64,000 nt of DNA, taken from Candidatus Levyibacteriota bacterium (lineage in GTDB: Bacteria; Patescibacteriota; Microgenomatia; Levybacterales; UBA12049). The stretch's first letter is position 1; each line of letters begins with the position of its first letter. The stretch lies in contig SIBS01000002.1 of NCBI GenBank assembly GCA_009695045.1, forward strand, positions 26,774 to 90,773, read 5' to 3'. The notes under the pieces are model-generated. The model saw only the letters and a program-made list of their open reading frames with translations, searched no databases and was not told the DNA's origin. A program made the translations under genes and the position numbers. Below are positions 36,632 to 46,232 of the stretch, one piece after another.

Positions 36632-37735
36632 ATGAAAATTGCATTATTTCATGAAGTAGTTATTGGAGGAGCTAGAAGCTGCGCAAATGAATTTGCTAAA
36701 TCACTTCGAGAAAAAAAGCACATAGTAGATTTATATATTGTTGATAAAGAATATCCGATAGGAGAAAAAAAATATTATAATGAAATATATTATTACCCTT
36801 TTATTTCAAAAGATTGGAGAGGAAATAGTTGGAAAAATAAGCTATATAAGGATACAGTAGAGATCTATAAATTATACACACTTCATAAAAAAATCGCAAA
36901 TGATATTGAAAAAAAATCATATGATTTTGCTTTTATCCATCCATCTCAATATACACAAGCACCATTTTTGCTTCGTTTTTTGAAAATCTCAAAGCTATAT
37001 TATTGTCAAGAATCACTGAGGATGATTTATGAAAAAAGTTTTGATGAAACAGAAAATTTAGATATATTTAAAAAACGATATGAAAGAATTACTCGAAAAA
37101 TACGAAAAATATTGGATAGAAAAAATATTTCATCAGCAGATATAATTTTTACTAATTCTACTTTTACACAGAATAATATATGGAAAGCATATCATTTAAA
37201 AAGTATCATATGTCATATGGGGGTTGATACGAAAATATTTTTTGAAACAACAAAGAATAAAGATATAGATATTCTATATATTGGATCCGAAGATCCTATT
37301 GATGGATATGAATTATTCAATGAATCACGAAAATATATTAAAACAAAACTAAGTATAGATTATTTATTGCGTGGAAAAAAATGGTTAAGCGGAAAAAAGC
37401 TTATCGATTACTATAGTAGAGCAAAAATAGTTATTTGTTTTGGACAACGTGAACCGTTTGGGTTAGTGCCCATTGAGGCAATGAGCTGTGGAGCAATAGT
37501 AATTGCCTTAAATGAGGGTGGATATAAGGATTCAGTACAAGATAAAATAACAGGATTTTTAGTGTCTAAGAATCCTGTAACTATAGCAAAAGTTATTAAT
37601 AATGCTTTAAAACATCCAATTCTTTTGAATAGTATGTCAGAAAAATCAAAAGAAGAAATAAAAAAAAATTGGTTATGGAAAAATAGTATGGAAATAATTT
37701 TATTTAATTATGCAATATGGAAAAAAAACCAGTAG
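36632..37735 (+). CDS. GT4-family glycosyltransferase
   Basis: C-terminal FGQREPFGLVPIEAMSCGAIVIALNEGGYKDSV carries the GT4 E-x7-E donor motif. Confidence 0.7.
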   Translation: MKIALFHEVVIGGARSCANEFAKSLREKKHIVDLYIVDKEYPIGEKKYYNEIYYYPFISKDWRGNSWKNKLYKDTVEIYKLYTLHKKIANDIEKKSYDFAFIHPSQYTQAPFLLRFLKISKLYYCQESLRMIYEKSFDETENLDIFKKRYERITRKIRKILDRKNISSADIIFTNSTFTQNNIWKAYHLKSIICHMGVDTKIFFETTKNKDIDILYIGSEDPIDGYELFNESRKYIKTKLSIDYLLRGKKWLSGKKLIDYYSRAKIVICFGQREPFGLVPIEAMSCGAIVIALNEGGYKDSVQDKITGFLVSKNPVTIAKVINNALKHPILLNSMSEKSKEEIKKNWLWKNSMEIILFNYAIWKKNQ

Positions 37736-39924
37736 TTAGCATCATTATAGTTCATTATCAAGTAAAAAAACAATTATTTAATTGTCTTCAATCTATTTAT
37801 GAAAAAAAGTCTAAATATCATTTTGAAATTATTGTTATTGATAATGATGAAAATCCATATATAGAAAAATATCTCGTAAAGAAATTTCCTAGAGTTAAAT
37901 ATATAAAAAATGAGATTAATAATGGGTATAGTGGGGGAAATAATCTCGGTGCATTATCTTCAAAGGGAGAATTTATTTTTTTCCTCAATCCTGATACTCT
38001 TTTTAAAAATAATGTCTTAGATCAATTGTTAATAAAAATGATGACATATAAATATATTGGCATAGTAGCTCCTTTGCTTTTTAAGGAAAACGGAAAACCA
38101 TTCATACTGCAAGGATCGAAAGAACTTACACCTTTACGAGCAATTTTTTCTTTATCATTTATATATAAATTATTTCCCAATAATAATATTGCAAATGAAT
38201 TTTGGTTAAAAAAATGGAATAAAAAAGAACATAAAGAAGTAGAAGTAGTTCCTGGAACTGCTTTTATGATACGAAAAAATATTTTTAAAAAAATAGGTGG
38301 ATTTGATGAAAATTATTTCCTTTATTTCGAGGAAAATGATATTTGTAAAAGAGTCATAGACTTAGGTAGTAAAATATATATGATATCAGATGCTCATGTT
38401 ATACATTTTTGGGGAGAAAGTACAAAAAAGAGTACAAAAAATATTAAAGCAATTTTTGAAAAAAGTAGATTTTATTATTTTAATAAATTTTATGGACTAC
38501 CTAAGGCATTCTTGGTAGAATTTATGCTTATTTTTTCAAAAGAAATATTATTTTTAATCGCCATTTTATTTTTAGCGGGATGGCTTCGCTTGCATGAGAT
38601 TGAAAGATACTTTCCATTTTTAGGAGATTTTGCATGGTTTTATATTTCAGCTCGAGATTTGTTAATTGATGGTATTTTTCCTTTCGTAGGTATTGCTTCA
38701 AGTCATCCATGGATTCATCAAGGTGCATTTTGGACATATCTTTTGGCTCCAGCACTTGCTATGGGTAATTTTAATCCAATTGCAGGAGGATATCTGTCTG
38801 GTAGTATTGGAATTTTAACAGTTTTAATTTTATATATTTGTACAAAAAATATGTTTGATAGAAGAATAGCAATTTTTACTAGTGCTTTTTTTGCAACATC
38901 ACCTTTGGTTGTTTTTCACTCAAGACTTCCATATCATACAGTACCTATTCCATTATTTGTTATATTATATTTTTATAGTTTGAATAAATGGGTCAAGGGA
39001 AATATTTATTATTTTCCTTTATCGTTGTTTTTTTTAGTAGTATTATATAATTTTGAATTGGCGACTTCAGTTTTTTCTCTACTTATTATCTGTCTTTTGG
39101 GATACGGTATTTATATAAAAGCAATATGGATAAAAAAATTATGGACTAAGAAAATAATATCGTTTTCAATTATTGCAGTATTAATTCCTTTATTGCCAAT
39201 GCTTTTTTATGATTTTTATCATGGATTTTCTCAGACATTACTATTTTTAATATGGATTGGATATAGATTTCTTTTAGTTTTAGGATATCCATCATTACAT
39301 CCTGAAATAAAAACAATTACATTTTCTAGCATGATCTATTTTATTAAAAATAATATACAAAATTACTATTATGTTTCATCATGGATATTTGCATTTTTTT
39401 TAGGAATAATAAGTATTTCTATTTGTGGCATATTATTTATTAAAAATAAAACATTAACTTATGCAATACTTTTTTTAGGAATATTAATTCCTGGTATTAT
39501 AATTTTTTTCAGTAGAGTTCCATCTGAAGCATATTTACCAATGTTTTTTCCACAATTAGCAATATGCATTGGTATAGCATTCTCTTATTTGTATAAATAT
39601 TCACCAAATTATTCATGGATAATAGTAGTTTTTTTTATATTTTTAATTATTTCAAATTCCGTCAATATCATTTCTAAAAATTTCTTGACTAAAAATGAAA
39701 ATAAATTCTATAAAAAAATTGTAGCCGCTCAAGAAATTATCTCACTTGCAGAAGGAAAAGAATACATTATACTAGGAGGAGGAATAAATGGTAAATTTGA
39801 AAGCTTTATTATGCCATATAAATATTTGACCTGGTTTTTGGGTTATTCTGAAAATAAGAAAGCTAAAATAAAGATAGAAGTGTCAGAAGATGAAATGGGT
39901 ATATATTTAAAAAAATATGATTAG
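37717..39924 (+). CDS. Fusion protein: N-terminal GT2 (GT-A) glycosyltransferase plus a C-terminal ~450-aa polytopic membrane domain (GT-C / PMT-ArnT-like)
   Basis: N-terminal VSIIIVHYQ...IIVIDNDENPY...NNGYSGGNNLG...FLNPDT...FDENYFLYFEENDICKR (GT2 DxD and ED motifs). At least 10 hydrophobic helices follow from ~aa 270, with aromatic/acidic-rich loops (FLGDFAWFYISARDL). Confidence 0.65.
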   Translation: MEKKPVVSIIIVHYQVKKQLFNCLQSIYEKKSKYHFEIIVIDNDENPYIEKYLVKKFPRVKYIKNEINNGYSGGNNLGALSSKGEFIFFLNPDTLFKNNVLDQLLIKMMTYKYIGIVAPLLFKENGKPFILQGSKELTPLRAIFSLSFIYKLFPNNNIANEFWLKKWNKKEHKEVEVVPGTAFMIRKNIFKKIGGFDENYFLYFEENDICKRVIDLGSKIYMISDAHVIHFWGESTKKSTKNIKAIFEKSRFYYFNKFYGLPKAFLVEFMLIFSKEILFLIAILFLAGWLRLHEIERYFPFLGDFAWFYISARDLLIDGIFPFVGIASSHPWIHQGAFWTYLLAPALAMGNFNPIAGGYLSGSIGILTVLILYICTKNMFDRRIAIFTSAFFATSPLVVFHSRLPYHTVPIPLFVILYFYSLNKWVKGNIYYFPLSLFFLVVLYNFELATSVFSLLIICLLGYGIYIKAIWIKKLWTKKIISFSIIAVLIPLLPMLFYDFYHGFSQTLLFLIWIGYRFLLVLGYPSLHPEIKTITFSSMIYFIKNNIQNYYYVSSWIFAFFLGIISISICGILFIKNKTLTYAILFLGILIPGIIIFFSRVPSEAYLPMFFPQLAICIGIAFSYLYKYSPNYSWIIVVFFIFLIISNSVNIISKNFLTKNENKFYKKIVAAQEIISLAEGKEYIILGGGINGKFESFIMPYKYLTWFLGYSENKKAKIKIEVSEDEMGIYLKKYD

Positions 39925-40654
39925 TGCAGTTATACTTACTCGAAATGAAGAAAAAAATATCATTGACTGTATGGAAAGTCTTTATTTTTGTAATGAAATA
40001 GTTATTATTGATGATGTTTCCACAGATAGAACAGTTGAAATTGCAAAAAAAGCAGGAGCTATAGTTTATGAGCATGAATTAAATAATAATTTCTCAAAAC
40101 AAAGAAACTTTGGATTGGAAAAAGCTAAAAATGAATGGATACTATTTATAGATGCAGATGAGAGAATATCAGTAGACTTAAAAAATGAAATAAAATATAA
40201 AATTTTAAAAAAAGGAATAAATGGTTACTCTATTAAAAGAAGTGATTTTTTTTATGGTAAAAAATTATTCCATGGTGAAACATCAAGTATATCGTTAGTT
40301 AGATTAGGAAAAAAAAATCATGGCCTGTGGGATGGTGCAGTGCATGAAGAATGGAAAATTAATGGAAAAATATCTATACTTGATACTCCTTTATTGCATT
40401 ATCCTCATCCTACAATAAATGAATTTTTATTGGAGATAAATTTCTATACTGATTTAAATGCAATGGAATTATTTAATAAAGGAATAAGAGCTACATGGTA
40501 TGATGTTATCATATATCCTGTCGCAAAATTTATACATAATTTTATAATAAGAGCTGGTTTCCAAGATGGAGTTGCTGGAATGATTATTGCAATCATGATG
40601 AGTTTTCATTCATTCTTGGTTAGAGCTAAATTACTAAAATATAATGAAAATTAG
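39917..40654 (+). CDS. GT2 glycosyltransferase (soluble, WaaE/KdtX-like)
   Basis: ISAVILTRNEEKNIIDCMESL...IVIIDDVSTDRT...ILFIDADERI GT-A motifs. Confidence 0.7.
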   Translation: MISAVILTRNEEKNIIDCMESLYFCNEIVIIDDVSTDRTVEIAKKAGAIVYEHELNNNFSKQRNFGLEKAKNEWILFIDADERISVDLKNEIKYKILKKGINGYSIKRSDFFYGKKLFHGETSSISLVRLGKKNHGLWDGAVHEEWKINGKISILDTPLLHYPHPTINEFLLEINFYTDLNAMELFNKGIRATWYDVIIYPVAKFIHNFIIRAGFQDGVAGMIIAIMMSFHSFLVRAKLLKYNEN

Positions 40655-40756
40655 AAAAAATAATATTTCTTATATATCACCTTTTTATATATATATATTT
40701 TTTGTAGTTTATATATTATTCGATTATATACAATATCTTCTTTGCAGGGTTAAAAT

Positions 40757-42343
40757 ATGTTTTCCTTTGCATTTTTAATAACATTATATTCATATACAAT
40801 ATTTTTTATTGGAATTATTGGATTATTATATAAAAATGTAATAGTCTCTATCTCATTATTTTATTCATTTATTGCTATCTACTTATTTTTAAAGAAAAAA
40901 TTATATATTTTATCTCTAAAAATAAATTCAAAAATAGAAGTATTATTTATTAGCATTATCAGTTTACAAGCATTGATAAATATAATAGGCGCATTGGGTC
41001 CGGAATTATCATTTGATTCACTTTGGTATCATCTTACCTTGCCTAAATTGTATTTATTAAATAATAGGATTATGTTTATTCCGGGGGGACTTCTTTATTA
41101 CTCTGCTATGCCAAAACTCTCAGAGATGATATATTTAGGAATTCTAGCGATAAAAAGTGAAGTCTTTGTAAAGATATGTCACTATTTTTTTGGAATCTTT
41201 TCAATTATTGCATTATTTAATTTTTCAAAAAAAATATATTCCAGAACTATATCTTTAATAATCGTAACTATTTTTTACTCAAATTTAGTTGTTGCATGGG
41301 AATCTATAACCTCATATATCGACTTAATTAGAACATTTTATGAAATATTAGCTTTTATATCATTTTACAATTGGATTGAATATAAAAATAAACGATGGCT
41401 AGTATATTCTGCTATTTTATTAGGATCAGCAATATCTGTAAAAATTATTTCTTTTTTTTCACTTATTATTTATTTTATATTAATTATTGTAAACTTTATT
41501 AATCATAAATCATCAATTTATAATTTATTTATTAATTTATTTATATATATATTTATAGCTTTAATTATTCCACTCCCATGGTTTATTTTTTCATATATTA
41601 ATACAGGAAATTTAATTTATCCATTTTTTAATTTATTAAATCATGCAATATTGATAGATCTTCCAAGCTCTTTTGTAAATTTTATATATAAGATCATATT
41701 ATTATTTCTTCGTTCCCCAGATCCTATTTCACCATTATATTTTATATTTATTCCTCTCATATTTATTTATAAATCAAAAAATAAAAATATTATATATTTT
41801 TATATTTATGCATTCATAGCTTTACTTGCATGTATTTTAACTTCAAGTACTGGGGGAAGTAGATTTTTAATGCCATATCTACCAATATGGACACTAATTA
41901 TTGGTGATGTTATTCAAAATATTTATAATATTAAATTCAAAAAATTTATTATTATAATAATAATTATTTTTTCTTTTATCTCGGTACCTTATCGTTTTAT
42001 TGCAAATATACGCTTTATCCCTGTTATACTAGGACTAGAGAGTAAAAATAATTTTCTTAAAAATAATTTAAATTTTAATTTTGGAGATTTTTATGATATT
42101 GATGGATATTTGGATAAAAAAATTAATTATAATGATTCGGTTTTAATATATGATATTCATAATCTTTATTATATAGATTTTCCATATATTCATGAAAGTT
42201 GGTTAAAAAAAAATGATAAGTATAATTTTATAATTTCCAGATCAGTTATTTTTCCATTGAATTTAGATAAAAATAAATGGAAATTAATTTATAGAAATTT
42301 TAAATCAAACGTAATCTTATACGGTAAAATATATGATAATTAA
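40757..42343 (+). CDS. Polytopic membrane protein, putative GT-C glycosyltransferase (PMT/ArnT/GT39-83-like)
   Basis: 528 aa, 11 or more TM helices, with the first large loop carrying acidic/aromatic residues (GPELSFDSLWYHLTLPKLY). Assignment is by architecture and context, not by a strong motif. Confidence 0.45.
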   Translation: MFSFAFLITLYSYTIFFIGIIGLLYKNVIVSISLFYSFIAIYLFLKKKLYILSLKINSKIEVLFISIISLQALINIIGALGPELSFDSLWYHLTLPKLYLLNNRIMFIPGGLLYYSAMPKLSEMIYLGILAIKSEVFVKICHYFFGIFSIIALFNFSKKIYSRTISLIIVTIFYSNLVVAWESITSYIDLIRTFYEILAFISFYNWIEYKNKRWLVYSAILLGSAISVKIISFFSLIIYFILIIVNFINHKSSIYNLFINLFIYIFIALIIPLPWFIFSYINTGNLIYPFFNLLNHAILIDLPSSFVNFIYKIILLFLRSPDPISPLYFIFIPLIFIYKSKNKNIIYFYIYAFIALLACILTSSTGGSRFLMPYLPIWTLIIGDVIQNIYNIKFKKFIIIIIIIFSFISVPYRFIANIRFIPVILGLESKNNFLKNNLNFNFGDFYDIDGYLDKKINYNDSVLIYDIHNLYYIDFPYIHESWLKKNDKYNFIISRSVIFPLNLDKNKWKLIYRNFKSNVILYGKIYDN

Positions 42344-43535
42344 AATTTTTATTTTTATACTTTTTTTGATTTATCCATCTGGCGAAGTTCTTCGTTTTAA
42401 TGTCTATCCAAACGTTTCCCTAACAGTTAATGATATTTGTGTTGGACTTTTTGTCTTTGTATTAATTATATTTAATAATCTAAAAAATTTACCATTTAAA
42501 AATAATATATATATATTTATTGGAGTATGTATCTTATCTTTGTTATATAATTTCGAAAGATTTACTTTTACTCAAATATTTATTTCATCTTTATATATTT
42601 TTAGATGGATTATATATTTTAACCTTTTTTTTATATTTTTTAATCTTAAAGACTATAAATTTACAGAAAAACTTATGATTTTTTCTGGATTTATTTTTAC
42701 TATTTTTGGATATATTCAATATTTTTTTTATAATAATTTAAAAAATCTATATTATTTGGGATGGGATGATCATTTATACCGTTTATTTTCAACATTTCTT
42801 GATCCTAATTTTTCTGGAGCCTTTTTAGTACTTTATTTATTTTTTTTAGTTGGAATCTATTATTCACAAAAGTTAATTTCTTACAAGAAATTAACTTTAT
42901 ATTTAATTCTATTTACTATTCCAGCAATATTTTTAACTTATTCTCGTTCTTCTCTTATAATGCTTATTACAGGTGGATTTTTTCTATTATGGTTTTTAAA
43001 TAAAAAAAAACAAATTATTTATTTTATTTTAATTATTATTCTATTTGTTGTAACTTCTTTTAAATATTCTACAATTGAAAATATGAATCTTTTGAGAACA
43101 GCATCTATTAATGCAAGAATATCAAGTGCTAAAGAAGCAATTACTATAATAATAGATAATCCATTAATAGGTATTGGTTTTAATACATATAGATATACTC
43201 AATTAAAATATAAATTTAGAACTGATAACATACCATATATTAGTCATTCAGATGCTGGAACTGATAATAGCTTCCTTTTTATCTTAGCAACAACAGGGAT
43301 AATTGGATTAATATCTTTTAGTTTATTAATTTACCAAATAATAAATAAAACTTACATATCAATGATAAAATATAATAATATTTATGCTCCTATATTTATA
43401 TCATCTTTTATTGGAATACTAGTAAACTCTCAATTTATAAATAGTTTATTTTATCCATTTATAATGGAATGGTTATGGATTCTTTTGGCGTTATCAGTAA
43501 GACAAAAAAATATTAAGGAGAGTAATTTAATTTAA
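42333..43535 (+). CDS. Wzy_C-domain protein (O-antigen ligase/polymerase or PglL-like O-oligosaccharyltransferase family)
   Basis: Polytopic. The conserved Wzy_C loop region (PAIFLTYSRSSLIMLITGGFFLLWF) resembles the (T/S)xSRGAxLG motif; a periplasmic loop lies near ~aa 250-330. Confidence 0.55.
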   Translation: MIIKIFIFILFLIYPSGEVLRFNVYPNVSLTVNDICVGLFVFVLIIFNNLKNLPFKNNIYIFIGVCILSLLYNFERFTFTQIFISSLYIFRWIIYFNLFFIFFNLKDYKFTEKLMIFSGFIFTIFGYIQYFFYNNLKNLYYLGWDDHLYRLFSTFLDPNFSGAFLVLYLFFLVGIYYSQKLISYKKLTLYLILFTIPAIFLTYSRSSLIMLITGGFFLLWFLNKKKQIIYFILIIILFVVTSFKYSTIENMNLLRTASINARISSAKEAITIIIDNPLIGIGFNTYRYTQLKYKFRTDNIPYISHSDAGTDNSFLFILATTGIIGLISFSLLIYQIINKTYISMIKYNNIYAPIFISSFIGILVNSQFINSLFYPFIMEWLWILLALSVRQKNIKESNLI

Positions 43536-44220
43536 TTTCCCTTTTTGTCTTATTTGTTGCGATATCTTCTGCAATTACTATAATTTTATTCTCACCGTTT
43601 TGAAGATTTATTTCATACTCAAAAAATCCATTATCATTAACAATTGCCCATATTCCATTTATTGTTATTTTAACATCTGAATCAGTTTTTCCTTTTATTT
43701 TAATTTTATTATCTTTAGAAAAAGATTCTCCCTCTCGTGGAGAATCTATGGCTAGCGAAGGTGGTTCTTTTTTATACTCAATAATTATTTTATTTGAAAA
43801 ATCTGTTATTTTTTTATCAATAATTGCCTTCGTAAGAATAGTATTTTTACCTTTTTTTAAATATATATTCGAAAAAACAAATGATCCATTATCATTTGTT
43901 TTAGTTTTTTCAATTTCAATTTCATTTATAAAAAGGATTATTATTTGTTTTGATCCAGATGATCCACTTATTTCCAATATCGCACTACTTGTTGCAATTT
44001 GCTGCGTATTAAGTGTTGGTGGTTGAATAAAATTATTCTTATTTTCTGAAATTTCTACTATATTTTTTGTTCCAGATAAAAATGTACTTACCCATATAAT
44101 TATAGGTATTAGAAATTTCATTAATAAAAAAATCAGAATTATTATCCCAATAATATTGATAAAGAGTTTTTTTTTAGTTCTATTTTCTAATCTTCTTGAA
44201 AGTCTACTATTATTGATCAT
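43513..44220 (-). CDS. Signal-anchored surface protein with two Ig-like/beta-sandwich repeats
   Basis: N-terminal basic plus TM (KKLFINIIGIIILIFLLMKFLIPIIIW). Internal repeat NDNGSFVFSNIYLKKGKNTILTKAIID // NDNGFFEYEINLQNGENKIIVIAEDIATN is characteristic of bacterial Ig-like domains. Confidence 0.5.
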   Translation of the reverse strand: MINNSRLSRRLENRTKKKLFINIIGIIILIFLLMKFLIPIIIWVSTFLSGTKNIVEISENKNNFIQPPTLNTQQIATSSAILEISGSSGSKQIIILFINEIEIEKTKTNDNGSFVFSNIYLKKGKNTILTKAIIDKKITDFSNKIIIEYKKEPPSLAIDSPREGESFSKDNKIKIKGKTDSDVKITINGIWAIVNDNGFFEYEINLQNGENKIIVIAEDIATNKTKREIKLNYSP

Positions 44221-44234
44221 GGTTTATATTTATG

Positions 44235-44307
44235 AGCCGATGGTGAGATTTGAACTCACGACTTGCTCTTTACGAAAGAGCTACTCTACCAACTGAGTTA
44301 CATCGGC
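44235..44307 (-). tRNA. tRNA-Thr (anticodon CGT)
   Basis: Reverse complement folds as acceptor GCCGATG/CATCGGC, D-stem ACTC/GAGT, anticodon stem GCTCT/AGAGC, loop TTCGTAA (CGT), T-stem GTGAG/CTCAC, T-loop TTCAAAT, discriminator T. Confidence 0.8.
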
Positions 44308-44351
44308 ATCATGCAGTAACATTGTATGAAATTTTTTAAAAACTATCAATC

Positions 44352-44984
44352 TTAATGTGGATTATTATTCTCTAGATATTTTTTTCCATGACCAATATTA
44401 ATATTTATAGGGACTCCTTTTTTACAAAGTGGACAATCTGTCTTATCATAATCAATAATGGATATTTCACCTAGTGATTGAAAAGGATATCCAATAGTTT
44501 TCTCATTAACTAATACTGGGTTTCTATTTATCATGACTCCTATTGATATTATTTTTCCACCATTATTTAATACGCTTTCTATTACTTTTCTTACTGAACC
44601 TCCGGTTGTCGTTAGATCTTCTACTATTAATACGTTTTTTTTATTTATTAGCTTGTCATATCCACGTGTAAATACCTGATTTTTTTCAGAAGTTTTTTCT
44701 GTATAGATTCCAAGTATATTTCTATTTTCTAATTTAGTTAAATGATGCGCTGTCCATTGAGATAAAATAATTCCCCCAATTGCTGGACCTGCCACGATAT
44801 CAATATTCATATTTTTAAATTTTTCTGCAAAAAGTTGACCAATTGTTGAAGATTCATCAGTATGTGGATATATTGCATCTTTATTTATATAAACAGAGCC
44901 ATGTTTTCCCGATGTATACACGAAGTGATCATCAGTGACAATTGCGTTAGTTCTTTTTAATATTGAAATAATATTATTTATCAT
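44352..44984 (-). CDS. pyrE: Orotate phosphoribosyltransferase
   Basis: PRPP-binding motif VLIVEDLTTTGGS; PyrE-like N-terminus; short C-terminal Cys-containing extension (CPLCKKG). Confidence 0.8.
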   Translation of the reverse strand: MINNIISILKRTNAIVTDDHFVYTSGKHGSVYINKDAIYPHTDESSTIGQLFAEKFKNMNIDIVAGPAIGGIILSQWTAHHLTKLENRNILGIYTEKTSEKNQVFTRGYDKLINKKNVLIVEDLTTTGGSVRKVIESVLNNGGKIISIGVMINRNPVLVNEKTIGYPFQSLGEISIIDYDKTDCPLCKKGVPININIGHGKKYLENNNPH

Positions 44985-45790
44985 CTAAATTGATTGATTA
45001 TGCTTCTGGCTTCTATAGCTTTTTCTCTTGCTATTTCTGCAAAATTATTATTATTTGATCCATAAATAATATTTCTGCTTGAATTATATATAATTCCACC
45101 CTTGTTCATGTCAATTCCTGCTTTTACTGCTTTTTCGATATCTGCTGATTGAGTACCAATTCCTGCTGAAAGAAAAATACGATTAGGAAATATCTTTCTA
45201 ATATTATTTAATTGATTGGGATAAGTTGCTCCAACAAAAATACCAAAATTATCATAATTCCATTTTGAAATTATTTTTGATATTACAATATGATATGGTT
45301 CACCATTCACAGATATATCCTGAAACATTCCGGAATCCGGATTAGAAGTTTTGATAAGAAAAATTGTTAATCTATCTTTATATTCAAGATATGGGAGAAT
45401 AGAATCCAGTCCTAAGTTAGGGGAAATCGTAACAGAGTCTATGTCCCAATACTCATAAGCTGTTTTCGCATAAAGTCTTGCGGTATTGGGTACATCGCCT
45501 CGTTTTGCATCAAGTATAATTATTGTTTTAGGGTACAGTTTTTTTAGATAATCTATCGTTTTTTTTAGTTCTAATAAGCCATCTATCCCAAGCGCTTCAT
45601 AAAAAGCTATATTTGGTTTATATGCACAAACTAAATCATTTGTTGCATCAATTATTTCCTTATTGAAGTAAAATATATCATTTATATTGTTTAAATTCTT
45701 TGGTAATTTTGATAATTCAGGGTCAAGCCCAATGCACAAAAGGGAATTATTCTCTTTAACTATTAAGTCTAATTTATTTATAAATTTCAT
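44981..45790 (-). CDS. pyrF: Orotidine 5'-phosphate decarboxylase
   Basis: IILDAKRGDVPNT contains the D-x-K-x-x-D catalytic motif. 269 aa; overlaps pyrE (ATGA). Confidence 0.85.
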   Translation of the reverse strand: MKFINKLDLIVKENNSLLCIGLDPELSKLPKNLNNINDIFYFNKEIIDATNDLVCAYKPNIAFYEALGIDGLLELKKTIDYLKKLYPKTIIILDAKRGDVPNTARLYAKTAYEYWDIDSVTISPNLGLDSILPYLEYKDRLTIFLIKTSNPDSGMFQDISVNGEPYHIVISKIISKWNYDNFGIFVGATYPNQLNNIRKIFPNRIFLSAGIGTQSADIEKAVKAGIDMNKGGIIYNSSRNIIYGSNNNNFAEIAREKAIEARSIINQFR

Positions 45791-45882
45791 GAATTTCTTC
45801 TAACTTATTAAAAGCTATATTTATTTTATAAATTTATTATAAATAATATTTATAATTTATGCTATATATTTTAATATATACA

Positions 45883-45920
45883 TATATAATAAAAAATAAA
45901 CCTCACTTTTTGTGAGGTTT
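45883..45920 (-). terminator. Rho-independent terminator downstream of cspA
   Basis: Perfect 9-bp stem AAACCTCAC/GTGAGGTTT with a 5-nt loop at 45898-45920. On the minus strand it is followed immediately by ATTTTTTATTATATA. Confidence 0.6.
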
Positions 45921-45975
45921 ATTAATTAATACTACTTAACATCGATAAGTAATCTTTTGTTAAGAATTAAAAGTA

Positions 45976-46173
45976 TTATGCTCGTTTTACATTTTTAGCA
46001 CTTGGTCCTTTTGGACCATCTACTACGTCAAAGCTAACGATTTCGCCAACTCCAACTTCGTCAAAGGTAACGCCATTTAAATCTTTTGAATGAAAAAAAA
46101 GATCTTTTGCTTCACCTTCTCGGCTAATAAATCCAAATCCTCTATCTGTTTTTGTTTTAATAGTACCAGTCAT
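45976..46173 (-). CDS. cspA: Cold-shock protein (CspA family)
   Basis: RNP1/RNP2 motifs (KGFGFI-like: RGFGFISRE; VFFHSKDL-like: LFFHSKDL). 65 aa. Confidence 0.92.
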   Translation of the reverse strand: MTGTIKTKTDRGFGFISREGEAKDLFFHSKDLNGVTFDEVGVGEIVSFDVVDGPKGPSAKNVKRA

Positions 46174-46232
46174 AGTTTTTTTATAAATTTAATAAATAAA
46201 TCTAATTGTCTCCTTTCTTTAGAAGAATTATA

